The translations under genes were made by a program, and so were the position numbers. The notes beneath the pieces are model-generated. The model was not told where the DNA came from. It searched no databases and saw only the letters and a program-made list of their open reading frames with translations. 64,000 nt of DNA from Thermoanaerobaculia bacterium (GTDB lineage: Bacteria > Acidobacteriota > Thermoanaerobaculia > UBA5066), in the NCBI GenBank assembly GCA_963719225.1, contig CAVRAY010000002.1:288001-352000 (forward strand). Direction: 5' to 3'. Every line of letters starts with the position of its first letter. Positions within the stretch are counted from its first letter, which is position 1. Positions 41,804-51,394 of this stretch are shown one piece after another.

Positions 41804-43273
41804 ATGGCGCCCCTCGTGGCCGACCCGGACCGCGGAGGAGACGTCCTCGTCGCCGCCGCGACTCCTCCCGGCGTCTCGGCGCTCGCGGTCGTCCGGCTGA
41901 CGGGTCCCCGGGGCCGGACGCTTGCGGTCGCGCGACGGCTCGCGCCGGGCCTGGCGGAAACGCCGCGGCCGCGCGAAGCGACGTTGCACGGTTTCGTGGG
42001 CGAGGACGGCCGCCTCCTGGATCGCGGCCTCGTGCTCTTTTTTCCGGCGCCGCGCTCGGTCACGGGCGAGGAGGTCGTGGAGCTGTTCTGCCACGGTTCG
42101 CCGGCGATCCTCGCGGGGCTGCTGGCGGCGGCGCGCGGGGCGGGGGCGAGGCCGGCCGCGCGCGGCGAGTTCACGCGGCGCGCCCTCGCGAACGGCAAGC
42201 TCGATCTCGCCGAAGCCGAAGGGCTCGCGGCGCTCGCACGGGCGGAGAGCCTGGGGACGGCGCGCCGGGCGCTCTCGCTCGCGGAAGGAGAGCTGTCGCG
42301 GCGCGTCTCCCGGGCGCGCGAGAGGATTCTGGACGTCCTCTCGGGGCTCGAGGCCGCGCTGGATTTCGCGGAGGACGTTCCCGAGGAGGACCTGAGAACG
42401 GCCGCGGAGGCGCTCGAGGCTGTCGCGTCGGACTGTGACGCGCTCGTCGCGGCCGCCGCGCGCGGAGGAGCGCGTGACCGCAGGAAGCTGGTTGCGATTC
42501 TCGGGCGGCCGAACGCGGGGAAGTCGACGCTCTTCAACGCTCTCGTCGGGCGCGACCGCGCCATCGTCACGGCCGTGCCGGGCACGACACGGGACGCGAT
42601 CTCGGAGACCTGCGAGCTCTCGGGCGAGACGGTGACGCTCCTCGACACGGCGGGACTCCGCTCGACCGAGGACGAAGTCGAGAAGATCGGCGTCGCGGTC
42701 GCGGAGCGGGCGGGAGAGAAGGCAGACCTCGTCCTGTATGTGGTCGACGCGATTCGTGGAATGTCCGAAGAGGACGAAGATTTTCTTAGAAGGGGAAGAG
42801 GGGAAGGGATGCTCCTCGTGAAGACGAAGGCCGATCTCGTGCGGCAAGGGCCGTCGCCCTCAGGCGTGAGAGGCGCCGGCGCGCAACCGGCTGCAGTTGC
42901 TGCGCCGCCCCGGCCCGTATTTCCTTTCAAAGAAAATCTTTCTTTCTCTTCCTCTTCTTCTTCCTTCGGGCTCCTCGTCTCCGCCGTCACAGGCGCAGGG
43001 ATCGACGCGCTGCGTGCCGCGATCGCCGCGCACCTCGGGCTCGTCGAGGCGGACGGCGACCTCCTCGTCCTCGAACGTCACCGCGAGTCCCTCTCGTCCG
43101 CGGCGTCTTCGCTGCGCGAGGCGGCGGCCCTCGCGCGGGAGGCGGGGGGCGCGCCGGAGCTCGTCGCGGTCCGCGTGCGCGAGGCGCTTTCGGCACTGGG
43201 GACGATCACCGGAGAGACGGCCACGGAAGAGCTCCTCGACCGGATCTTCGCGACCTTCTGCGTGGGCAAGTAG
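41804..43273 (+). CDS. mnmE: tRNA modification GTPase MnmE (insertion between G4 and G5)
   Basis: ATPPG, TGEEVVELFCHGS, GEFTRRALANGK, GRPNAGKSTL, DTAGLR, C-terminal FCVGK. Confidence 0.95.
   Translation: MAPLVADPDRGGDVLVAAATPPGVSALAVVRLTGPRGRTLAVARRLAPGLAETPRPREATLHGFVGEDGRLLDRGLVLFFPAPRSVTGEEVVELFCHGSPAILAGLLAAARGAGARPAARGEFTRRALANGKLDLAEAEGLAALARAESLGTARRALSLAEGELSRRVSRARERILDVLSGLEAALDFAEDVPEEDLRTAAEALEAVASDCDALVAAAARGGARDRRKLVAILGRPNAGKSTLFNALVGRDRAIVTAVPGTTRDAISETCELSGETVTLLDTAGLRSTEDEVEKIGVAVAERAGEKADLVLYVVDAIRGMSEEDEDFLRRGRGEGMLLVKTKADLVRQGPSPSGVRGAGAQPAAVAAPPRPVFPFKENLSFSSSSSSFGLLVSAVTGAGIDALRAAIAAHLGLVEADGDLLVLERHRESLSSAASSLREAAALAREAGGAPELVAVRVREALSALGTITGETATEELLDRIFATFCVGK
42768..42965. 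repeat. Inverted pair of the dispersed AT-rich motif inside mnmE
   Basis: AAGATTTTCTTAGAAGGGGAA (42777-97) versus TTCCTTTCAAAGAAAATCTT (42921-40), followed by a pyrimidine tract. Confidence 0.8.
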
Positions 43274-43283
43274 AGTGGCGGGG

Positions 43284-45191
43284 ATGGAGTCGCGGTGGGA
43301 CGTCGTGGTGGTCGGAGGGGGCCATGCGGGCTGCGAGGCCGCGCTCGCCTCCGCGCGCCTCGGAAGAAAGACGCTTCTCCTCACGCGCGAGCGCGCGACC
43401 ATCGGACGCATGAGCTGCAATCCGGCGGTCGGAGGCCTCGCGAAAGGACAGGTCGTCCGCGAGATCGACGCCCTCGGGGGCGCGATGGGACTCGTCGCGG
43501 ATCGGACGGCCATCCAGTTCAAGGTCCTCAATGCCTCGCGCGGAACCGCCGTGCGCGGCCTGCGCTGCCAGTCCGACAAGGCGCTCTACGCCGCCGAGAT
43601 GGCGCGGGTTCTCGACGGAGCGCCGAACCTCTCCGTGGGGGAGGGCACGGTCGCGGGCTTCCGGGTGCGCGGCGGGCGCCTCGCCGGCCTGACCCTCGAG
43701 GACGGCGCGTCTCTCGCGTGCCGCGCGGCGGTCGTGACGACCGGGACGTTTCTGCGCGGACTCATCCACGTGGGCGACGTCGCGCGGGAAGCCGGCCGCT
43801 GGAACGAGCCGCCGGCGCGGTCGCTGTCCGATGCGCTCCGCGCGCTCGGGCTTCGTCTCGGGCGGATGAAGACCGGCACTCCGCCGCGGGTTCGCGCCGG
43901 GACCGTGGACGTCGCGAAGATGACGCGCGCCCCGGGCGACGCCCGGCCGATCGCCTTTTCGTTCCGGTCGCGGCGCGAGATCTTCCCCCGGCAGAGGCAG
44001 GTCGATTGCTGGCTCACGCACACCGACGAGGCCGTCCACGACCTCATCCGGAAAAGCCTTCCGCTCTCCCCGCTCTACTCCGGCCGGATCGTCGGCCGCG
44101 GGCCACGCTATTGCCCTTCCATCGAGGACAAGGTCGTGCGCTTTTCGGACAAGCCCCGCCACCAGATCTTCGTCGAGCCGGAAGGGCTCTCGACGAACTG
44201 GCTCTATCTCAACGGCCTTTCCATGTCTCTGCCGGAGGAAATCCAGAAATCAATCGTAAGAATGATTTCCGGCCTCGAGCGGGCCGAGTTCCTCAGGCCG
44301 GCCTATGCCGTCGAATACGACATGGTTTTCCCGGAGCAGCTGGACGTCTCTCTCGAGACGCGCGCCCTTCCGGGCCTCTTCCTCGCGGGGCAGATCAACG
44401 GCACGTCCGGATACGAGGAAGCCGCGGGCCAGGGGCTCGTCGGGGGCGCAAATGCCGCCCGCACGGCGGGCGGCGAGGCCCCGCTCCGGCTCGGAAGGCA
44501 CGAAGCCTACATCGGCGTGATGCTGGACGACCTGGTCACGCTCGGCCTCGAGGAGCCGTACCGGCTCCTGACGTCACGGGCGGAGTACCGCCTCCTCCTC
44601 GGCGCCGACACGGCGTACGCGCGCCTCACGGAGACGGCGCTCGCGCACGGGCTCGTGACGGAGGAAGACGCGGGGCCCGTCCTCGAGGCCGAAGCCCGGA
44701 TCGCGCGCGCACGCGCGAGCCTGGGCGCCGCGCGCGTCCGTCCGGATCGCGCCACGAAGGAGCGCCTCGAGAAGCGGGGCGTCGACCTGAGCGAGGAGAC
44801 GACGCTCGGGGGCCTTCTCCGCCGGCCGCAGGCCGACCTCGACGTGCTTCGGGAGATCTTCTCGGAGATCCTCGAACGGGAAACCGTCGCCGACCTCGAC
44901 GCCCTCCAGGCAGAGGAGCGGGAACGAATCGTCTCGGACTTCCGCTACGAAGGCTTCGTCTCGCGCGAGCGCGAGGCCGTCGCCCGCGTGGCGCGCGCCC
45001 TCGAACGCGTCTTTCCCGCCGAATTCGTCTACCGGGGGATTCCCGGCCTGTCGAGAGAGGCGGTCGAGAAGCTGGAGAGGCATCGGCCCCGCACGCTCGG
45101 CCAGGCCTCGCGGCTGCCGGGCGTCACGTCGGCCGCCGTGACCGTGCTCCTCGCCCGTCTCCTTTCCTCGGGGCGCGGAGTCGCGGCGTGA
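43284..45191 (+). CDS. mnmG: tRNA modification enzyme MnmG (GidA)
   Basis: VVGGGHAGCEA, MSCNPAVGG, KTGTPPR, GPRYCPSIEDK, AGQINGTSGYEEA. Confidence 0.97.
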   Translation: MESRWDVVVVGGGHAGCEAALASARLGRKTLLLTRERATIGRMSCNPAVGGLAKGQVVREIDALGGAMGLVADRTAIQFKVLNASRGTAVRGLRCQSDKALYAAEMARVLDGAPNLSVGEGTVAGFRVRGGRLAGLTLEDGASLACRAAVVTTGTFLRGLIHVGDVAREAGRWNEPPARSLSDALRALGLRLGRMKTGTPPRVRAGTVDVAKMTRAPGDARPIAFSFRSRREIFPRQRQVDCWLTHTDEAVHDLIRKSLPLSPLYSGRIVGRGPRYCPSIEDKVVRFSDKPRHQIFVEPEGLSTNWLYLNGLSMSLPEEIQKSIVRMISGLERAEFLRPAYAVEYDMVFPEQLDVSLETRALPGLFLAGQINGTSGYEEAAGQGLVGGANAARTAGGEAPLRLGRHEAYIGVMLDDLVTLGLEEPYRLLTSRAEYRLLLGADTAYARLTETALAHGLVTEEDAGPVLEAEARIARARASLGAARVRPDRATKERLEKRGVDLSEETTLGGLLRRPQADLDVLREIFSEILERETVADLDALQAEERERIVSDFRYEGFVSREREAVARVARALERVFPAEFVYRGIPGLSREAVEKLERHRPRTLGQASRLPGVTSAAVTVLLARLLSSGRGVAA

Positions 45192-45838
45192 CCCTCGAGC
45201 AGAAAGTCCGGCGAATCGCCGCGGGCCTTCCCGAAGAGGAGCGCGTCCGGGTCCTCTCCGAGGCCGGCCGGCTCGCGAGTTACCTTTCGTTCCTCCTCGA
45301 GAAAAACGCGGTCATGAACCTCGTCTCGGCTCGTTCCGCGGAAGGCGACGTCCTCGCGGGCACGCATCTTTTCGATTCTCTTCTCGGCCTCGCGCTGCTG
45401 CAACGCCCCCGGGGCCGATCGATGAAGCTTCTCGATCTCGGCTCGGGCGGCGGCTTCCCCGCCATTCCGCTCCTCGTCACGCGCCCGGACCTCGAGGGGA
45501 CGCTCGTGGAAGCCTCCTCCAAGAAAGCGGCGTACCTCGAAGAGGCGCTGGAGCGCCTCGCATTGACCGGCCATGTCGTGAACGCCAGATTCCCCGACTC
45601 TTTTCCTGTGGCCGAGAATCCGCGTTACGAGGTGCTGACAACGCGCGCCGTAGCCTCGGCAGGAAAGCTCGTGCGCGCGGCGCAGCCCCTGCTCACCCCG
45701 GGCGCGAGGGCTCTCCTCTGGACGAGCGAGCCGCTCGCGGCCGAGGCAGTGCGGGCGAGCGGCGCGGCCCGCTCGGCCTTCCACCGCGCGCCTGCCGCGG
45801 AACGCCGCGGCCTCCTTTTTCTCGAGTGTTTCACGTGA
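45188..45838 (+). CDS. rsmG: 16S rRNA m7G527 methyltransferase RsmG (GidB)
   Basis: NLVS, HLFDSL, LDLGSGGGFPAIP, TRAVA; GTGA overlap with mnmG. Confidence 0.92.
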   Translation: MTLEQKVRRIAAGLPEEERVRVLSEAGRLASYLSFLLEKNAVMNLVSARSAEGDVLAGTHLFDSLLGLALLQRPRGRSMKLLDLGSGGGFPAIPLLVTRPDLEGTLVEASSKKAAYLEEALERLALTGHVVNARFPDSFPVAENPRYEVLTTRAVASAGKLVRAAQPLLTPGARALLWTSEPLAAEAVRASGAARSAFHRAPAAERRGLLFLECFT

Positions 45839-45842
45839 AACA
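45827..45842. other. parS site
   Basis: Perfect TGTTTCACGTGAAACA palindrome, extended to 24 bp (45823-45846). Confidence 0.92.
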
Positions 45843-46641
45843 CTCGCCGCACTCGGCCCGTGTCCTCGCCGTCGCGAACCAGAAGGGCGGCGTCGGGAAG
45901 ACGACGACGGCCATCAGTCTCGCGGCCTGCCTCGCGGTCCTCGAGCGCGAGGTCCTCCTCGTGGACTTCGATCCGCAGGGGAACGCGACCTCCGGCCTCG
46001 GCGTCGAGAAATCCGCGCTGGTGCACACCTCGTACGACTGGCTGGGCGGAGGCGCGACGTTCGAGGAGATCGCGCGCGGGACCGACCTGCCGCACCTGAC
46101 GCTCGCGCCGGCGAACCGGCATCTCGTGGGCGCCGAAGTGGAGCTCGTCCACGAGGAGCGCCGCGAGAAGCGCCTCGCCGAGAAGATCGACCCGCTTCGC
46201 GAGCGATTCGAGTACATCCTGATCGACTGCCCGCCGTCCCTGTCCCTCCTGACGGTGAATGCGCTCGTCGCGGCGGACGGGGTCCTCGTGCCGATCCAGT
46301 GCGAGTACTTCGCGCTGGAGGGCGTGTCCGAGCTCCTCGCGACGATCGAGCGCGTGAAGGAGAGCCTGAACCCGCCGCTCTCGATCGCGGGGGTCGTCGC
46401 GACGATGTGGGATGAAAGGACGAACCTCTCGCGGCAGGTCCTCGAGGAGATCCGGAGGCATTTCGGCGCCGCCGTCTTCGACCACGTCGTCCCGCGAAGC
46501 GTGCGCCTCGGCGAGGCGCCGTCGCACGGAAAGCCGATTCTCCTTTACGACGTCAAGTCGAAGGGCGCGGAGGCTTATCTCGGGATCGCGCGCGAGCTCC
46601 TGCGGCGGGACGGCCGCGGAGCCTCCGCGGCCGGCTGCTAG
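45835..46641 (+). CDS. parA: Chromosome partitioning ATPase ParA/Soj (start GTG 45835 or 45826)
   Basis: NQKGGVGKTTT, DFDPQGNAT, IDCPPSL, PIQCEYFALEG, EAPSHG. Confidence 0.96.
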   Translation: MKHSPHSARVLAVANQKGGVGKTTTAISLAACLAVLEREVLLVDFDPQGNATSGLGVEKSALVHTSYDWLGGGATFEEIARGTDLPHLTLAPANRHLVGAEVELVHEERREKRLAEKIDPLRERFEYILIDCPPSLSLLTVNALVAADGVLVPIQCEYFALEGVSELLATIERVKESLNPPLSIAGVVATMWDERTNLSRQVLEEIRRHFGAAVFDHVVPRSVRLGEAPSHGKPILLYDVKSKGAEAYLGIARELLRRDGRGASAAGC

Positions 46642-46651
46642 GATCGCCGGG

Positions 46652-47515
46652 GTGATCGCTTCCCGAAAACCGGCGCTCGGCAAGGGCCTCTCGGCCCTCA
46701 TCCCTTCGGCGCGTGCGGACGCGCCGGCCCCGGCCGTGAGGGCCGTCGCGATCGATCTCCTGGACGCGAACCGCCGTCAGCCGCGCCGCCGCTTCGACGA
46801 CGCCGGCCTCGAGGAGCTCTCGCGATCCATCAAGAGAACCGGGATCCTCCAGCCCGTCCTCGTCACGAAGGAGGGGGCGCGGTTCCGGATCCTGGCGGGC
46901 GAGCGCCGCGTCCGCGCCGCGCGGCTCGCGGGCCTTTCCGAGGTGCCCGTGGTCGTGCGCGAGGGCGTCACGGACCGCGATCACCTCCTGCTCGCGCTCG
47001 TCGAGAACGTGCAGCGCCGGGACCTCACGCCTCTCGAGGAGGCGGAGGCGTACCGCCACCTCAAGGACGACTTCTCGCTGACGCAGGAGGACGTCGCCGA
47101 GCGCGTCGGCAAGGACCGTGCGACGGTGGCGAACGCCCTCCGGCTGCTCAAGCTCCCCGCGGCTGTGCGCGCCGCTCTGGAGGAAGGAGCTCTTTCGGCG
47201 AGCCACGCCCGCGCGCTCCTCGCGCTGCCGTCCGCGGCGGATCAGGAGCTGCTCGCGAAGGAGGTCGTGCGCCGCGGGCTGTCCGTTCGCGCGACCGAGG
47301 GGCGAGCGGCGGCGCTTCAGAAGGGGAGTGTGAAGAAAAGGCGATCCCGCGTGGTGGACGCCGATACGCGGGACGCCGAACTGCGCCTCGCACGCGTCCT
47401 CGGGACGCGCGTCGAGATCCGAAGGAAGAAGCGCGGAGGCGAGGTCCGGATCCGCTTCTTCTCCGAAGAGGAGCTGATCGGGCTCTACGAGCGTCTCCTG
47501 GGAGGCCGCAAGTAA
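46652..47515 (+). CDS. parB: Chromosome partitioning protein ParB
   Basis: ALGKGLSALI, QPRRRFD, GERRVRAA, ENVQRRDL, GKDRATVANALRLL. Confidence 0.96.
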   Translation: MIASRKPALGKGLSALIPSARADAPAPAVRAVAIDLLDANRRQPRRRFDDAGLEELSRSIKRTGILQPVLVTKEGARFRILAGERRVRAARLAGLSEVPVVVREGVTDRDHLLLALVENVQRRDLTPLEEAEAYRHLKDDFSLTQEDVAERVGKDRATVANALRLLKLPAAVRAALEEGALSASHARALLALPSAADQELLAKEVVRRGLSVRATEGRAAALQKGSVKKRRSRVVDADTRDAELRLARVLGTRVEIRRKKRGGEVRIRFFSEEELIGLYERLLGGRK

Positions 47516-47895
47516 TGAGCGCAAGAAAAGGCGGCGGCTCGCTGAACGGTTTCCTCGACCGCGGCGCGCGGCTGGAGGGAACTCTTTCGTTCGACGACGT
47601 CTTTCGCATCGACGGACAGTTCAAGGGCACGATCACGTCGGACGCGGAGCTCATCGTCGGGGAGGGCGGCGTCGTCGAAGGCGAGATTCGCGTGGGACGC
47701 CTCGCGGTCTCCGGCACCATCAAGGGGAGCGTGCACGCCAAAGAGCGCGTCGAGCTGCACGCCGGCGCCCGCGTCTTCGCCGACATCAAGACCCCGACGC
47801 TCGTCGTGGAAGAGGGCGCTGTGATCCAGGGCCCCGTGGAAAGCGGCCCGCCGAGGCCCGAAGAGCCAGCAACGCGGGCAACGCCTACAACCTAA
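47515..47895 (+). CDS. Bactofilin
   Basis: TAATG coupling to parB; GARLEGTL.F...RIDGQFKGTI..VGEGGVVEGEI..LVVEEGAVIQG beta-helix. Confidence 0.9.
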   Translation: MSARKGGGSLNGFLDRGARLEGTLSFDDVFRIDGQFKGTITSDAELIVGEGGVVEGEIRVGRLAVSGTIKGSVHAKERVELHAGARVFADIKTPTLVVEEGAVIQGPVESGPPRPEEPATRATPTT

Positions 47896-48018
47896 ACCTC
47901 TCTTTTATAGTTATTTGCAAAATTTACCCTTAATATGATAATTGTTGTTTCGGATGTTCTTCGAATGTCCGGTGTCAAGGGTCGAAGACCGCTCTGCGGC
48001 GCGCTTCGCGCGCGCACT

Positions 48019-48054
48019 CCGGGGGCTTACCTTCGGGCGCCCCCGGACCCCCGC
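48019..48054. repeat. Short G/C-run hairpin repeat, copy A
   Basis: CCGGGGGCTTACCTTCGGGCGCCCCCGGACCCCCGC; matches 56739-56777. Confidence 0.7.
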
Positions 48055-48293
48055 GTCCAATCAGGCAGAACGCGATGCATGCGCAGCCGCCGAACATGAG
48101 CAAGAAAAGCCCTCCTCATCTGCAGGCCCGAGAAGAGGAGTGAAATCGGGGCGCAACCGCAGGTACGCCCGCTCTCGTTTGACCGCGCGCCGCGCGCTGT
48201 GAGATAACGCCGCGGCCTGCGCAGTTCCGGATCCACGGCGTCGTAGAGTGGTTCGACGTCCGGCTTCGGGCCGGTGCACGCGACGCCGAGCAC

Positions 48294-48722
48294 ATGCAGT
48301 TACCCGATCTCTCGCTGCTTCTCGTGATGGCGATCTTCTGGGCGACGTACGCCGTCCTGAGGGTCTTCATCCTCAAGCCCCTCGGCGGGATCCTGGAAGG
48401 GCGCGAGCGCGCAATCCAGGAGTCGACCGCGGCGCTTTCCGGGATGCTCGAGAAGGAAAAGGAGACGCTGGCGGGAATCGACGAGCGGCTCACGCAGGCG
48501 CGGCGGGAGGCGCTGGCGGCCCGGCAGGCCGCGCGGGGCGAAGCGAACGCCAAGCGCCAGGAGATCCTCGAGGCCGCGCGCGAAAAGGCCCGCCGGGCGG
48601 CTCTGGAAGCCCAGGCCGGGCTCGAAAAGGACGTCTCTGCCGCCCGGTCGGAGCTCGCCAGGAACGCCCGCGCCACAGCCGTGGAGATCGCGTCGCGGGC
48701 GCTCGGCCGGAGGATCGCATGA
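48294..48722 (+). CDS. ATP synthase subunit b'
   Basis: Single TM, KPL..ILEGRE, coiled coil, LGR end. Confidence 0.88.
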   Translation: MQLPDLSLLLVMAIFWATYAVLRVFILKPLGGILEGRERAIQESTAALSGMLEKEKETLAGIDERLTQARREALAARQAARGEANAKRQEILEAAREKARRAALEAQAGLEKDVSAARSELARNARATAVEIASRALGRRIA

Positions 48723-49279
48723 CGCTCGGAATCGCGATCCGGTTCCTCGAGGAAGGGCATGAGGCGGCTCGCGGCTTTCTCGGTATCCCGACCCTCGTGT
48801 GGCAGATTCTCAACCTCGGCCTGTTCCTCGGGCTGCTTTGGTACTTCCTGCGCAAGCCGGCGGCCGACTTCTTCGGAAACCGGAAGGCCGAGCTCGCAAA
48901 GGCGCTCGCGAAGGCCGACGAGGATCGCCGGCGAGCCGAGCAGCTCTCGAAGGAGCTCGAGGCCCGCCTCGCGAGCATCGAGACGGAGCTCCGGAACCTC
49001 AGGGAGGCCGCCCGGCGCGACGCGGAAGCCGAGCACGCCGCGCTGCTCGAAAAGAGCCGTGCGGACGCCGATCAGATCCTGACGAGGACGCGTGCCGATC
49101 TCGAAAACCGCGTCCGGGCCGCGCGTGCCGAGCTGACGGCTTTCGCCGGCGACCTCTCCGTCGACCTCGCGCGCGAGCTTCTCCAGAAGAACGTCACGGC
49201 CGAGGACGAAAAGAGGCTGCTCCACGAGGGCATCGCGCACCTGACGGGCGCGGCCCAGGGCGGAGGCAGAACGGGATGA
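48719..49279 (+). CDS. atpF: ATP synthase subunit b
   Basis: WQILNLGLFLGLLWYFLRKP, coiled coil; ATGA overlap. Confidence 0.9.
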   Translation: MTLGIAIRFLEEGHEAARGFLGIPTLVWQILNLGLFLGLLWYFLRKPAADFFGNRKAELAKALAKADEDRRRAEQLSKELEARLASIETELRNLREAARRDAEAEHAALLEKSRADADQILTRTRADLENRVRAARAELTAFAGDLSVDLARELLQKNVTAEDEKRLLHEGIAHLTGAAQGGGRTG

Positions 49280-49815
49280 GCGCCCGCGTCACGCGCCCGT
49301 ACGTCGACGCGTTCTTCGCCGTGGCGAAGGATCCGGCCGCGGAGCTCGCGGCTCTCGAGGCGTTCCGACACGCCTACGACTCGAGCCCCGAGCTCGGAAA
49401 GGTCCTTTCGAATCCCGGACTCGAGCGCGAGAAACGCGAGGAGATCCTGGGCGCGGTGGCCGCGCGCGTCGGGGTCCCCGAGATCGCGGGCCGTCTCCTC
49501 GTGATCCTCCTTCGCAACGGCCGGCTTCACTCGCTTCATGAGCTTCTCGCCGCTTTTCGGGCGCGGCTCGACAAGGACACTCAGGCCGTCGAGGCCCGCA
49601 TCGTCACGGCGAAACCGGCCGACGCCGCCGTGCTCGAGGCCCTTCGCGCGCTCGTCGCCGACCGGACGAAGCGGAGCGTCCGCATCGTGACCAAGGTCGA
49701 CCCCTCTCTTCTCGGCGGATTCGTCGTCTCGGTGGGAAGCGCGCGGCTCGACGCCTCCCTCGAGAGGCGGCTCGAAAAAGCCCGCGCCGCCCTGCACGCC
49801 CTCGCCCCGGCCTGA
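49276..49815 (+). CDS. atpH: ATP synthase subunit delta
   Basis: [29 protein letters not shown]. Confidence 0.92.
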   Translation: MSARVTRPYVDAFFAVAKDPAAELAALEAFRHAYDSSPELGKVLSNPGLEREKREEILGAVAARVGVPEIAGRLLVILLRNGRLHSLHELLAAFRARLDKDTQAVEARIVTAKPADAAVLEALRALVADRTKRSVRIVTKVDPSLLGGFVVSVGSARLDASLERRLEKARAALHALAPA

Positions 49816-49838
49816 CACCACGGAGAAAGAAGCACCAC

Positions 49839-51374
49839 ATGGCGGAAATCAGCGCTCAGGAAATCACCCAGCTCATCAAGGCCCAGCTCGCCGGCATCAC
49901 GCAGGGCGTGGACGTCGACGAGGTCGGAACGGTCGTGTCCGTCGGCGACGGCATCGCGCTCGCCTACGGCCTCGAGAAGGTCATGGCGGGCGAGCTCCTC
50001 GAGTTCCCGAACGGGGTCTACGGCCTCGCGCTGAACCTCGAGGAAGGCCACGTCGGCTGCGTGCTCATGGGCGAGACGAGCCTCATCAAGGAAGGCGACA
50101 CCGTCAAGCGCACGAAACGCATCATCTCGGTGCCCGTCGGCGAGGCGCTCGTGGGCCGCGTCGTGAATCCGCTCGGGCAGCCGATCGACGGCAAGGGCCC
50201 GGTCGCCTCGAAGGAGTTCTACCCGGTCGAGCGGCTCGCGCCCGGCGTCGTCGACCGCATGCCGGTCAAGGAGCCGATGCAGACGGGGCTCAAGGCCATC
50301 GACTCGATGATTCCGATCGGCCGCGGGCAGCGCGAGCTGATCATCGGAGACCGCCAGACGGGGAAGACCGCCATCGCGCTCGACACGATCATCAACCAGA
50401 AGGGCAACGGCGTCATCTGCGTGTACGTCGCGATCGGCCAGAAGAACTCCACGATCGCCCAGGTCGTCCAGACGCTCGAGAAGTACGGGGCCATGGAGCA
50501 CACGATCGTCGTCGCCGCCGCGGCCTCCGACCCGGCGCCGCTCCAGTACATCTCGGCGTACGCCGGCTGCGCGATGGGCGAGTACTTCATGTACAACGGC
50601 AAGCACGCGCTCGTCATCTACGACGACCTCTCGAAACAGGCGGCGTCCTATCGCGAGATCTCGCTTCTCCTGCGCCGCCCGCCGGGTCGCGAGGCGTATC
50701 CCGGAGACGTCTTCTACCTGCACAGCCGTCTCCTCGAGCGTGCGTCGAAGCTGAACAAGGAGAAGGGCGGCGGGTCGCTGACGGCGCTGCCGATCATCGA
50801 GACGCAGGCGGGCGACGTCTCGGCCTACATCCCGACGAACGTCATTTCGATCACGGACGGCCAGATCTTCCTCGAGTCCGATCTCTTCTTCTCCGGGCAG
50901 CGTCCGGCCGTGAACGTCGGCATCTCCGTGTCGCGCGTCGGCGGGTCCGCGCAGATCCGGGTCATGCGCGCGATCGCGGGCACGCTGCGCCTCGACCTCG
51001 CGCAGTACCGCGAGCTCGCGGCGTTCGCGCAGTTCGGCTCCGACCTCGACAAGACGACGCAGGCGCAGCTCAACCGCGGGCGACGGCTCGTCGAGATCCT
51101 CAAGCAGAACCAGTACGTCCCGATGGACGTCGCGCTCCAGATCGCCTCCGTCTTCGCCGGCACTAAGGGCTTCCTCGACGATCTTCGTGTCGAGGCGGTC
51201 CTGCCCTTCGAGACGGCGCTCCACGAATATCTGGGAACGCAGCACGCGCCGCTCCTCAAGGAGATCCGGGAGGCCGGGAAGCTCACGAAGGAGATCGAGA
51301 CGGCGCTCTCGTCGGCGATGGGAGAGGCAAAAAGGGTCTACCTGTCCTCGCGACCCGAGGCGAAGCAGGCCTAG
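49839..51374 (+). CDS. atpA: ATP synthase subunit alpha
   Basis: [29 protein letters not shown]. Confidence 0.98.
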   Translation: MAEISAQEITQLIKAQLAGITQGVDVDEVGTVVSVGDGIALAYGLEKVMAGELLEFPNGVYGLALNLEEGHVGCVLMGETSLIKEGDTVKRTKRIISVPVGEALVGRVVNPLGQPIDGKGPVASKEFYPVERLAPGVVDRMPVKEPMQTGLKAIDSMIPIGRGQRELIIGDRQTGKTAIALDTIINQKGNGVICVYVAIGQKNSTIAQVVQTLEKYGAMEHTIVVAAAASDPAPLQYISAYAGCAMGEYFMYNGKHALVIYDDLSKQAASYREISLLLRRPPGREAYPGDVFYLHSRLLERASKLNKEKGGGSLTALPIIETQAGDVSAYIPTNVISITDGQIFLESDLFFSGQRPAVNVGISVSRVGGSAQIRVMRAIAGTLRLDLAQYRELAAFAQFGSDLDKTTQAQLNRGRRLVEILKQNQYVPMDVALQIASVFAGTKGFLDDLRVEAVLPFETALHEYLGTQHAPLLKEIREAGKLTKEIETALSSAMGEAKRVYLSSRPEAKQA

Positions 51375-51394
51375 GGCAGCGCGGCGATCCGAAG

